From assembly GCA_002633005.1 (NCBI GenBank), contig NMRA01000754.1, positions 1-64,000 on the forward strand: DNA of 64,000 bases, in the 5' to 3' direction. Below are positions 51,714 through 64,000 of the stretch, piece by piece. This stretch comes from Phoronis australis (taxonomy: Eukaryota > Animalia > Phoronida). The notes beneath the pieces are model-generated. The model was not told where the DNA came from. It did not search any database and saw nothing but the letters and a program-made list of their open reading frames with translations. The translations under genes were made by a program, and so were the position numbers. Position 1 is the first letter of the stretch, and each line of letters opens with the position of its first letter.

Positions 51714-54700
51714 ATGGAGAATCCTGCCATTGGTCTTGACGAAGATGATGACTTCGGCGAGTTTGGAGGATTTGAGGTAACTAAATGTTATTTCACTGGT
51801 GATCATCTAAGGTTAACATAAACAATGACCATTCCTGAAGCTCATGGGCTAGTCACATTGTTAAATCAATTTGAACCCTAAGTGGGACAGTAACTAGAAT
51901 TTGGGAACATGTGTTTCAGCATGGGGTTTTAAAGAAGCCCATAAGGCTGTCTACCAGGGACCCCAACCCCCCTTCACTTTCAACGTGTACCTCTTCAAAA
52001 CTTGTTTTGCTAAAGTGAAGTTTCCAGAATTGGACTCTAATAAAGTAAAATTCTTGAAAATAGATTGTATTCAAAATCTTTCCTAAACCGTTCAACATGC
52101 CCTGGCCTGAAAATGTGATCCTTTGATGCAAAACGTGCTGAAGCATAGATACCCAGTTTCTGGTGACTGCCTTGTCCCCTCAGTGTGAATACCTTGCCTG
52201 AAAGCTGACGCAGTGTACATCATATCACAAAGTTTCCAATAGCGTAATTACAGATGGACTGTCTGGGCTTAAAATCACCAGCTAATCCTTCGGCTGCATA
52301 AGGGTAATATTTGTACTCCAAGATAACAGACATGGTTTTGTTACAGATCAGGGTAATAGTTGATATTGAGAATGAAGTCAAACATGAAATGTTGCTGTTT
52401 GGTGCATGAACCTGATTTTTAAATGCTTACTATTTGGTGAAGATTTATGTTCAACAATCCTGTTTTTGGTCTTGTTTTAGGCAGCTGAACCTGTGTTAAC
52501 GCAGGAGAGCAGCGCCCCTGTTATCCAGGGGCTTGAGGCAAGTCCCTCACCATGGGCAGTATTAACAACAGGTATATATTATCAATATTGAGGTGTTACT
52601 GGTAGAGGTATAAGGGAGAAGGTGTAATTGTGGTGGCACTCAACAGTTTAAGCAGATTTTGGGTTTAAAAATCAACCAGGTGTTGGCAACTTCAACAGTC
52701 TGTTCCACAAAATATCACAGCATACTCACTGAGCCAAAAATTTCAAAAATCGTGTGCGAGGTCTGTTGATTCCAAAGTCAAGTTTATGGAAGTGCTGCCA
52801 GCTACTTAAGAAACACCAAATCAAGAGGTTTTACCCAAAATATTTGCAGGCAATTACTGTGAAATTTAGACTCAAAATGTTTAGGTCATTAAATACAAAC
52901 TAGAATTAGACACTCATCCAAATAAACTAAAATGTAACCGAGTACAGAATAATAAATGCTTTTTTTGAGTTTGCAAAAAAGTAGAATAGAAAGTGCCAAA
53001 AATAAATTGGAGTTTTGATTTCTTGTACAAAGAAGAGGCCCTGGGCCCAGGTCATTGTCATCTTGTCAAACTCGAGGCATGGCTTATTATTAAATTATAT
53101 TAAAGGCTGCATAACATAACAATGTCTGGAGTACTCATGTCAACGGTCCTGCTTCTATCTTCTGATTAGGTTTTCGAAAAACCATGAGTTGCGTACATCA
53201 TTGTCGCCTAAAAGAGCGTAAGTGGTCATTGGCATTTAGTGACTCACGAGGAATTTTCTCCATCATGACCTAAGGTGTCACTGGCATACTAAGATTACAT
53301 ACTACAATACAGTTTGCAAAATGACTAGCTGGCTTAAACCAAATGATTGATCCTGATGTTGAGCAATAATGAGTTGCCAGTGCTTCCCAAGTCAAGAAAT
53401 CACTGACTAAAGAAGTCTTCAAGACTAATTTATGACCTCCAATGCTTTGTGTTGCGTTATTACAACATTAAAAGTATTTTGATGCTTAAAAGTAACATAG
53501 TGTTTCTTGTAGCATGCTTAATTGACCGGAAATGTAATACACCGCATGTCACATGTGTTCTAGATAATATGTATTTTAGAACAAGTTGTGACCGGTACTG
53601 TTATTAGATAGAACTGTTAGATCCTACTCATCGTTATCTTCAGTATTTTTCTCATGTTTCGGTAGACATCTCCATGGCACCACCAGATCTCGTCCAAGCT
53701 CAGGTCAGTGGTACAGAACAGCAGATTCCATTGAGCAGTGACAAGGGCAGGATAGCTCCAGATGTAAGTGCTTTTGGGTGAATCAATACATCCATCCGAC
53801 ACTTTCAGTTCATTTATCCTTCCCACACCTTCAGTAGAGTTTCATAATTATCCTTCCCACACCTTCAGTACATTTATAATAAATGGTAGTCTATTTTGCC
53901 CGGGGTATGTCACGAGCTATGTTGCAGAGTAAAACAAGAGGAGGATTGCGAATAATGTCAGTAATTATGACGTAAATAGAAAGAACTCAATAAGACTCTG
54001 CAAGATGAGCATGGAAAAAATGTCCACCGGCATGTAGAATGAAAAGCCCTGAAAGAGGGAACCAAAAACAAAACAATTGCCTGAAGGGCCTAAAGAAAAA
54101 GTACAGAACCTGAACACAAAACTGGAAAATACCTAACAAGTAATGTATATGAGAAAAAGAAAAAGGTGGAACAGACACCCAGGATGGGGGGTGAGAAAAA
54201 ATGCAGAGAACGAACGTAGGTCTTGTAGACGACGAGGTAGATGGCTGAATGAGCTAGACCACGTTGAACTGAACAAAGGAAATATGGGCGACCAATCAGG
54301 TGTCGCGTAGAGAAATGTATGAAATTTGTTGACCCTTGAGGCTATAAAATTGAGATGAGTAATGAAAAATAAACCCTAAGTTTTGATATCAAAATAAAGT
54401 GACAAATGTCAAAATCATGACGATAAATGCATTTAACAAGTTAAATTTAATTGATTTATTAATTATTTTATTTATTTATTTAGTCATCCTCACCTTCAAT
54501 ACATTGATTTATCCATCCCACAACTTCAGTTTATGTATTCATCCCACACTTCCAATATATTTATTTATCCATCCTACACCTTTGGTACATTTATTTATCC
54601 TTCCTACAACTTCAATACACTGTCAGGGCTGTTCCAGCAAAATCTGTATGGGAGGGGGGGAAGGCACTTTTATTTCGTACCCACCGCCCATATTTTTCAT

Positions 54701-57700
54701 TTATTTCTCCAACCCATGACCCATAATTTTTTAATTATTTTTAATAGGTTAAAATATAAAATCCAACACTTCCAAAGAAATTGCCTCCAGGAGGACCTGT
54801 TGAGAACTTAAATGATTGACAGACAAGAACTAGTTGTCTTGTCCAATATTGTCAAAAACTTAAGTAGCCTGGGAGCAATACTTCTGGCAGCCACCAGGTG
54901 TCTCTGTTCACCATGTGTCTAAAATTTCAATGAACAATTTTTCAATTATAAGGACCTATGAATCTCAAACTGTCTCCACGAACTCTTTTATACTTCTATG
55001 TCAAGTGAATATTGGAACTTGTTTAGCTTACTCCTCATAATTTTTATTTAAAAATCATCAATTTTCTTATGTGTGTTAAAACCAGTTTAGTGTTGCATAA
55101 CTTCAATTCAATAGGACTGCAGACAAACAGTTGACTCAAATCAAGTTGCCCATGACTTGTTTAATGGCTTAGTGAACATATTGCACTCTGTTCACTGGCA
55201 ATATGGGCTCTTTTTTTATTGTGATCAACATTAACAGGTCAAAAAATACCACCCATTTTTAATGCATCACTTCTTACAGGAACGACCACCCATAATTTGA
55301 GTTTTTTTCTAAAGACCACCACCCATGAATTTTTATTTCTGCTGCCGTCCCCCCNAAAGTATAGAACATGCCAACAACAGGCAGACGAAATTCCGTTTCT
55401 GTGGAATAATGGTTTCAGTTGATGTCACCTTAAATTTGACTTGTACTCAGCTGTCATGGTGGGGTATTTTGCGCAGTTGCGCTTCGATCATTTTTGGTCT
55501 GTAAAATGTTTAAACATTTATTGAAACAGCAGTGGGTTCTTCTTTGTTTACGTATTGATGATATACTGCAACCTGTAAGTACTGCTCAAATGTACCAGAC
55601 CACTAATGTCTGCAGTAGATTGCAACTTGTAGACATGGTTCGATTACTACTGATTGGTAGACTGCCACTGTTTGGTATTGGTGGGTGATAGACTGCCACA
55701 CCACCTATAGGCACTTTTTGGTAACTATTGGGTGGTAGACTGTTACCTGTAGGCACAGCTCAAATGTTCAAAACTACTAATTGAATGCAAAATCCGAGAA
55801 TTAAAGCAACCAAAAATCAGGTCCAGCTACTTTGAATGTCAAATATGCTATCATAAATGGCAGAGATATATAATGACATTTTATTTCAATAATTTGACAG
55901 CAGCCCCCCCCCCCTGTAGACAAAATTTGTTAGAACACATAAAACTGTTCACTATAAATAGCTTTCAAAGATATTCGCTCACACTCTTTGGCGGTCTTTC
56001 ACAGCTCAGCAATCAGCAATAAACTAGGTGGCCAAGAGGCATGAGAAAACTTATGATTTTAAAAATTGACAGCTTCATGTCGAGACTGTTCTTGTCTCAT
56101 CATCTGGCAGGGTTCCAGAATGCATAACAAAGGTTTGTGATCCACTCAGATGCATGTCAGTAGTGGTGTTGAAACATGCACATACTGTCTAGGAAAACAG
56201 CTCGCTTGCGGCACACCCCCATATTCAGGCTTTTCGCAAGTAATCATCAAAGACTCCAACATCTTCAAACTGTGGGTGTTATGTTCCATTAATCAAATTT
56301 TCAACAATCTCTAGTAATTTTACGGCCGGGGCAATGTAGAAAATACTCTTGTATGGAACTAGGTCTGAAAATGCATGGAAAGGTGTCAGGAAAGAGAACA
56401 CGCCATGCGGCTGATGTAACTATCTCCAAGGGTATCGGGACAATTACAGTCGTACAAAGGACACAATTGAATTCATAAACAACATTTAACATGAGATAAA
56501 CATAATGTTATTATCTACTATCAGAACACCATGTCATGTAACCTGGTAGTGAAAAATAACCCTTCACTAGAAATTGTTACACTTGCATTTTGGCGGGTTC
56601 CCTATTTTGATACAAGAATAAGTCATTTAAAATAAATATAATTTGTTTAGTACTGACCTAGGTTACTTGTCGCCCAGTTTGTGGTGTCACAGTTAACTAT
56701 GATGTCAGAGCTTCGTTGGTGATCAAAAGCAGTTGTGGTAGGGTACTTGTGATTTGACTGAGTAGATGATTCATCTCTCATAGACGTATAATTAGCAGTT
56801 AATTAAAAATTTCTTTCTTTGTCAGGGATCGTCGCAAGGCAACATGTCTTCCAGTCAACTTTCTGCAGCAGTACAAATTCCAGTGACTATTTCGAACAGT
56901 AGCCAATCATGTTTTGGTCCCATGTCCAATGAAGCCAACAGTGCAACAGGGGTCACTGTAGCAAATCAAGACATTCCTAATGTGACGAGTGTTGTCAGTT
57001 CTTCCGAAGGAGATATGAGTGTGAGGATGGTTAGTGATAACGGTGCTTTAAAGGAACATGTGAAGGTTCTCACAGAGCAGAAGCAAGGGCTAGAAAAGGT
57101 AAACTCACATGAAATGTGGATCTTTGTACATTCACGAATACGACACTGTATATTGATTGGAAGTTGTGAGTTATTTTTTGGCAATCGTTCACATTTTGTG
57201 TTGCCATGATATTGCTTATTTCCTGAGGGCAAGCTTGACAAATGCATAGTCGGGGAATTGAAAAAAGGTTCCCTACTAAGCAGATTCTCTAAAGTAGAAA
57301 ACACGTTTGTTCAAGAGTTGTTAGAAACTTGAATTATGCTAAAAGTGCTGTTGTGTTGACAAGTGCCATGATGCAGTGTAGTGGTAGAGTAGTCGCGTGA
57401 TGCAACTCATGCTGAGAGTGTTTGTGGACAAGTTTACCCAAAATACAAAAGAAGAGAACTGTCTTATATCTGATACTTGCATGCTTCCAAATAAGAACTG
57501 TCATAGATAAGGTTATCATTAATATGCTCTATGCGATCAACTTTGTGATGGTTTCTGATGACAATACTGGAAAATAGTCACAGAAATTATAAATCATGAC
57601 ATTATGTTTATTATTGTTCATGGGTTTAATGGGAAATTATTCATTTTTGCCGTGATGGCAAAGATATACCATTATCCACTGTAGAGGATTAGCATTTAGA

Positions 57701-60700
57701 CAATAGTTTGTGTTCTGTTTCAGGAGTTTTCTGATTTACTGAAACAAAGTAAAGATTTGGAAGCCAGTGTCAAGGACCTACAAGATCAACTCAGCAGCCA
57801 GAAGTCAAAATATGATACATTGCAGGTAATGAGTGACAAGGGTCTGATGCAACCTTTTTTGTGTGTGCTGTAACCTTACCCCAAAATACCACGGTGCCAC
57901 TCTGATTCTGTAGTATTTACCCACAATGCTCAGAGGCCTGCGTGGCACTTTTCCTGGTATTGCAATGTCGTGGTATTATCTTTGTGCTCGTAGTATGTTG
58001 TGGGATCATCAGTCATTTAAAAAACAATAGTATTTTGAAATATTTTAAAGGCAGCTCTTGATAATGAGGGTCATAGCTTTAGTGTGGCAAGCAACCAATG
58101 ATTATATCAAACATATCTCTGACTTAAATTTAAAAAGAATGGTCTCTGTTTGAAGCAGTGTTTTTTTCCAAAGGCTCATTTCAGAACATTTAGGCTGTCA
58201 GATTCATTGTTTTTTAACTGCATTGCCCCATATCTTAATGTCACTTGTACGTTTGAATACACATCACATTGCTTGCTCTGATATTGTTTGGTTACCTGTC
58301 CATTTCATTTTCCTTATAGACAAAGCATACCGAAGACCTGGCAGCTGTCAAGAAGGCTGGTCACGACTCTCTTGCAATCATTGTAGAGGAATACAAGGTG
58401 GGCTGTAGTTGTGCAGAAAATTGGTCGACAACCTGGTTATGGTTATGAGTAATTTTCTGATCTTACGTGAACCTCGTTTTGGTCCTCTCAAACGTTGTGT
58501 GATTGAGTTGCGAGTGCGCACAAGATATGATTGCTTATAACGAAGGAGTTTTAACTATTGTTCGCCGCACACGTGAGAGTCCGCAGCTTAGGCTACGGTG
58601 TCATATTCCTCTGAAAAAGTGTTCAGCTTTGGATTTAGCAATTGATGTGTGAAACAACAGAACAAAGCAATATGGTGATGACGTAAGAACAATGTTTATC
58701 TTAACCGAGCATATCTGCTTCATGTACTTGTAATAGGGCCGTCCTGGATTACATGGCAGTAGAACTCTTCTTTGTTCCGGAGATAAGAAAGCGTTTGACT
58801 TCGTTTTGGAAATCGGGCACGTTTTCATGTCTCTCATTGATGTCGGCGAAGAATTTCATATCACGCCGTCCACGGGTATTTGACTGTCCTGTTTATCAAG
58901 TTTTCTCACTTCGGACATCAACAAATAATATGTGAAATCCAATGGCACAAAAACCAGGTAGCAGGTGTGCCTGACGGATGTTTAGGGCATTGTGGGTAAA
59001 TACAGTGAGATTCAAGGGTTGTTGTGTAATCCGGGACGGCCCTGTTGTGTTGATGCTGTGCACTCCGTCTTATGCATGGGTCTGTGTGAGTCTGTGTTGT
59101 GTTTTAATACATTCTTGTTATTTTTAAAACTATAACAATTGGTATTATGCTCTTAGGAGTTATGCAAGGTGTCCATGCTGCAACAACAAGAGTTATGCGA
59201 ACGAAAACTTTCTGAGGTATTGAAGAAAAAGTCCGAGGAGTGTGAATCCCTTCTAAAGGAACAGGTGGGCAGTCAAAGATTTAGCCAGCCAGCTAGCTGT
59301 ATGAAGACTGTCGTCAAAATACTGCTAAGTCCCACTGCGTGTATTTCTTCCGTAGATCCCGAAATTGCACACAACCAGGGTAGCTTGCTCGTCACCGCGC
59401 AGTGAAACTTGTATCAACATGTAAAGCTAAAGACCGGACGGTGTGCATGCAAAATCTGGGAGCCAACCGACACTCACCTTGCCCGTTACAGCCGTTTAAG
59501 TGAAAAACAATGCAATAAACGTCATTTTCTTGCGTAACTCTCGCCTTTTCTAACAATGAAAAGTATTTCGTCGTTTTGAAAACAGTACGCTCGTGCCACG
59601 TGCATGCGCCATTTCCTTAATTTTTGCGACATCTCTCGGGAGATGATGATAGCTTGGCAGCAGCAAAATTTCTTCTCAAATTCGATTTTTCGCTAATAAA
59701 ATTCTAAAAACTTATAATGAATTGAAACCAGTTCTGATAATTTGTTGTGACGTGTAAGCAGCCTCATGAAAGAACAACAGTTAATTGAAGAATCGGCGAA
59801 AAAAGAAACTGGCCAATAGGTGACGCAATATTTCATGGCGCCGAAAGCCGTCGCTAAAGATCGCTCTACAACTTTAGCAACAGAATAACGGTAGAACGCC
59901 ATTTTTGCCAACACCGTTAAATGATTTAGTTTACTCAAGGAAGACTGTAGTTTTTTATTAACACCAATTTTGTGTCAGATTTTATCTTACCATTTTTTTA
60001 CCCACATCGGTGCGAAGCTGTATATTTATATACAGCTTTGTACCAAGGCTATCACAGATTAATGTCTTGTTGCAGCGTGGCTGTGTGTGCCAACAGATCA
60101 GTACATTGTCTTCAGATTGAAGGTTTTTTATGTTGTTTTTAAATAGTAAATTAATGAAAAATTTCCTTAATTCCAATTTAAGACTTTTTAACTTGACAGA
60201 GGCTTGTCATAAGTCTCTAACGATCACTTGATTAGACGATGCATCCAGGTGAATACTTTCAATTAGTTAAATGTGAAAAATTGTCATGTAAATCACTGCT
60301 TCAGGAACTTACTAAAAAATAAGTTTCCTGACGTTGCAGAGCTGTCTGCCTCTTTCTGCTGGCGATTGATGTCCAACTGGCTCCTGCAAATTTTTTTTCG
60401 TGTTGTAATACTGATGGGAAATTTATTTTATGGTACATTCCAGAAGCCGTGATCTAGATCTTTTCGCATCTAATCGTAATCACTTTTATCGTTCCTTGTG
60501 GAAGCAATCTGTTACGACAAAATAATGTTTTGCACCTTCTAAAATGTTCTCAAGTGTTTCTAGACAAATCCCGTCTCTCTTGTTTGGCACCGTGGAGTGT
60601 ATTAGTTTGATATTGTTGTTGCAGAGTGACAAGGTTCAGTCTGTCGTTGAAGATGAAAGGAAGAAGATGGAAAACATACTGGAAGAGCGGATTAAAGAAG

Positions 60701-63700
60701 AGCAAAGAAAGTCACAAGTTGGTTCAGTCCTAATATTGGCTATTTTAAATGCATTAGTATTCAGAGACGATACTGCTGATGTCTTGTTTGTTTAAGATAT
60801 TGTTGAAGTTGATTGTCACTTGAAGGGTCACAGAGTTCATAGCAGGTTGTGTAGACCCCGGTCAGTGGAATTTTTCCTCATTTTTTCTTGATGTCACCCA
60901 TTCTTTACCAAGGTTAGTTCTAGGGTTCCTAGAGCGCCTCCCAGGGGCTGAGAAATGGTTGGTAGTTAACATTGAACAGTATCTATGATTATGTAAATCT
61001 TGATGTGGCCAACAGGTGGCGAGCGGACCAGACTTGTTTGCGATTTAATTACAGAGTGTAATTGAAACTTTTGAAGGCCATAGAGTGCAGAATATTATAA
61101 CTTTTGTGTGAGACTTCTTATCTGATACCTGAGCTCTAGATGTATCATTTTTAAAATTGACACTAACTTTTTAGTGCATATACAGTACATTAAGAAGTGA
61201 CACTGTCATCAGCAGGTCTTTCACTTTTAGAATCATTAGTTTCTGTGTCTGTCACCAGGTGCTGCTGGAGGACTGCATAAAAGAGGAACTCACCAAGAAT
61301 GAAAAATTGATGGAGAAAGCTGTCGATAAGGAACGGGAGCTCTCGAAGACAAAACTTGAGGAAGCTGTGAAAGTGGAGAGAGAAAATAGTACACAGCACT
61401 TGAAAAGTTTACAGGTATGTTTTAGGAACTACCTGGTGTTGCATGAGTATGCAAGTTGGCTGGCATTGTAATTTATATTAGACATAAATATGAAGTGGAA
61501 ACGAATAAGTATGCAAACGTAAAGTTTTCTTAAAAGGATTGTAATTCTATGTTGTACATTCGTTTTAGCAAAGTATTGTAAAGAACTCCTTTATTATGTA
61601 CCAAGAACAATGCTCAATATCTTCTCATGTTAGCACACTGGAGTTTCCCATTCCTTCAAAAGCCTAGTGGATGTTTGCAGAACTACACAAGACAACAGTA
61701 ATCGGTCAAAATACCGTTTTCCCACCATGATGGCTAGACCTGTTAACAGAAAAATTACATGTGGTAACAACTATTGGGGGGAGGGTATTCTAATTACGGT
61801 ATGGATAACTTTCATGTTGATTCTCTTTCATTTTCGGTGTGACATGAGGGAAGACTATTCTAATGGTGAATTTGGATTCCGCCGTCATAATGGGGGGGGG
61901 TCTGGATCATCGTGTCTGAATACTTTTGACTCGTACTGTGTATAATTGCCTGCTGTAGGCCCACCAACACCCTACCTTGCTCATATACCTCTTTCTAAAT
62001 TTACATTGTTTTCTTTATCCTGTTTCCACTTTGTAGGAAAAGTATGACGATTTGCTCAAGGAAGAGCGAGAGAAGTGCGAGAAAGCTATCGAGGCAGCGA
62101 TTAAGGAAGAACAAGCTAAGAGTGCGGTAAAAACATCTGATACTTAGCAAAATTTGACCACAAGCTCAATCAAGCTTTATAGTGCAGTGTTGCCTTATTT
62201 GGTATTGAAGTCCTAGCTTGTGTTTCCTTGTTCCTAGACTCAGGTGTATTGTAACAAGGACATCTGTTGCGTGTTTAATTATGTATAGAACTTTGGGTGG
62301 GGTAGGCTCGTGAAGCTTGGTCAAATGTGATTATTATTACATGACCACTGATATTTCTCTTCTCTAATTAGCTGAAACCTGGTACGACAACTTCCAATAA
62401 TTGTCAAGATAAAACAAGAATGTTCATAGATTCTGGCCATGGTGATTCATGCTATTGTTTTCTTTGCAGGACTTGTTGAGACAAGCAGTTGAAGATGAGA
62501 GGAAGAGATGTGGAGAGAATCTGAAGACTACTTCAGATAGGCTGAAAGTGGATCTGGAAGAATATATTGATGGAAGGAAACAGGTATACTTGACTTGCAG
62601 TAGGAAACAAGCCGATCACTTGTTTTCAAGAAAAATAGCCGAAATTTTGAAGCAGTATGTGCTCATTTTCAACTGATTTAGTAAAAAAAGTTAGTTTGCG
62701 ACTGATTTTCTTCTGAGCTTTTGCCTCAGCTTAACAAGGGCAGGCATCAATCATCACCTTTTTATAAACCACTGTAGATATGAGTTCATTAATGCGAGTT
62801 GGTAAACAATGTCCAATGGATAATTAAGTTTATGTAGCTCTTTATTCACAAGTCTGCATATTCAGTCAAGCATCTACAAAACTGTAAACTTTAACACTGT
62901 TTGTTTTCTGAAGGTAGAAATCCTGTAGAAATTCATTTTTATGTGTACCAATCTGAAGTTGTTAGATCACATACGTGACCCTGTCATTTCAATTATTTTA
63001 AGTTTACCTAAAGAAAGGCACGTTCTCAGCTTCAAGACAACGTTGTCAATAACACAGCCAAGAAATCTCAAAAACGTTGTTACGTTTCAAGAAATCAATC
63101 TTAGTGTCCTAGCTTGATAGTGGTTGCAGATTCAGCTGAGTGGAATTGCATGTGTGAAACAAACTGAATTACAAATATAACAGTTTTGTGTGGCGTGCCG
63201 GGTTATGCAGACCCATCTCTTCAGAAGTGGCAGGCTGAAATTGTGAGAGCTGTTCGATTCTGCAATTAATCATGACCATTGAAAACACTGTTGACCTTAA
63301 GTAGTTGATGCAAGAATTAAATTCAACGTCTCTTTGGCATAAGCATGATTTTTTCAACGCCTCTCAATTGTTTATTTAATATATTTTCAAGAAAATGTCT
63401 TTGGACCTTTTGCTTTTGGTCAATTCTCCTTTGGGAAGATTTTTTTTTGTAAAATCTAATAATTACCTAACGTGAAATCGTCACCATCACACAGTGGAGT
63501 TTTTAAATGACTCCCAGCAAAGGTCATCTTCATGAAATATTGGTGAAGGAAAAAATGTTGCCTACTCATTCCATCTTGTTCAACGAAATTCAAAATTGAA
63601 CCAAGCTAAAGTCGCTGCTTTTGTTCTCACTGTACTTTAACAAGTCCTCTGTCTGAGATACTTTCTGTTGGAAACTAGGCGACATTAGCTACATAATGGA

Positions 63701-63902
63701 CTCATTGTCTCTGCGACTTGTGCTAGTGTCAGCAATCACTTGCTTTCATGTATTTATTTTGCCTATTGCTTTCTAGGCTGATGTTGCAGTTCGTCAAAGA
63801 TCACTCACCGCCCTGGATTTATTCTTGGACAGTGCCAGACAACAAATCCAGCTGCTTATGAATGACAATCCATCAGGGAATGATTCAAAGCTAGATGTTT
63901 AG
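51714..63902 (+). CDS. CCDC91: Coiled-coil domain-containing protein 91 (p56, GGA-binding partner)
   Basis: 12 exons join in frame to ~463 aa: 51714-51776, 52481-52571, 53666-53763, 56826-57098, 57724-57825, 58320-58397, 59157-59264, 60625-60717, 61259-61414, 62037-62126, 62470-62583, 63777-63902. Signature peptides DDDFGEFGGFEAAE, KAGHDSLAIIVEEYK and VRQRSLTALDLFL match vertebrate CCDC91 as I recall it. Confidence 0.93.
53789..54620. repeat. Degenerate ~30-bp minisatellite in two blocks in a CCDC91 intron
   Basis: Units like atttatccttcccacaccttcagtac at ~53789-53877 and ~54480-54620. Confidence 0.65.
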
Positions 63903-64000
63903 TTTTTCTCTGTGCAATTGTAAAAAGTCTCATGTATTTTCTTCAATTTTGTGAAGAAAGAAATATTTCCAACAGAATGGTAAAAAGTGGTAGCAGCACC

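Overview
Repeat-rich, AT-rich animal genomic DNA, most likely a marine invertebrate, with spliceosomal GT-AG introns and several N/n assembly joins. Most entries in the ORF track are spurious or antisense shadows. (1) 5.7-32.8 kb, + strand: a 5'-incomplete gene for a single-pass type I membrane protein. It has 15 thrombospondin type-1 (TSP1/TSR) domains, each on its own 174-nt phase-1/phase-1 exon, then two Ser/Thr/Pro-rich stalk exons and a last exon with a TM helix and a ~160-aa tail ending in a class I PDZ-binding motif (-ESQV). Twelve of the TSP1 exons lie in a ~1.1-kb exon+intron tandem array showing homogenisation, one very recent duplication and one exon-loss scar. (2) 38.3-41.3 kb, - strand: an intact Ig-domain exon and degraded LRR-like sequence, probably a pseudogene or polymorphic gene. 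(3) 51.7-63.9 kb, + strand: a complete 12-exon CCDC91 (p56, GGA-binding partner) orthologue. The rest is TE debris: BEL/Pao, Gypsy-like, CR1/L2-type LINEs, a Penelope-like fragment with a hammerhead-like motif, tRNA-derived SINEs, MITEs and long-hairpin elements. Three near-identical duplications next to Ns look like uncollapsed haplotypes. All coordinates and translations were read by eye; no database searches were run.
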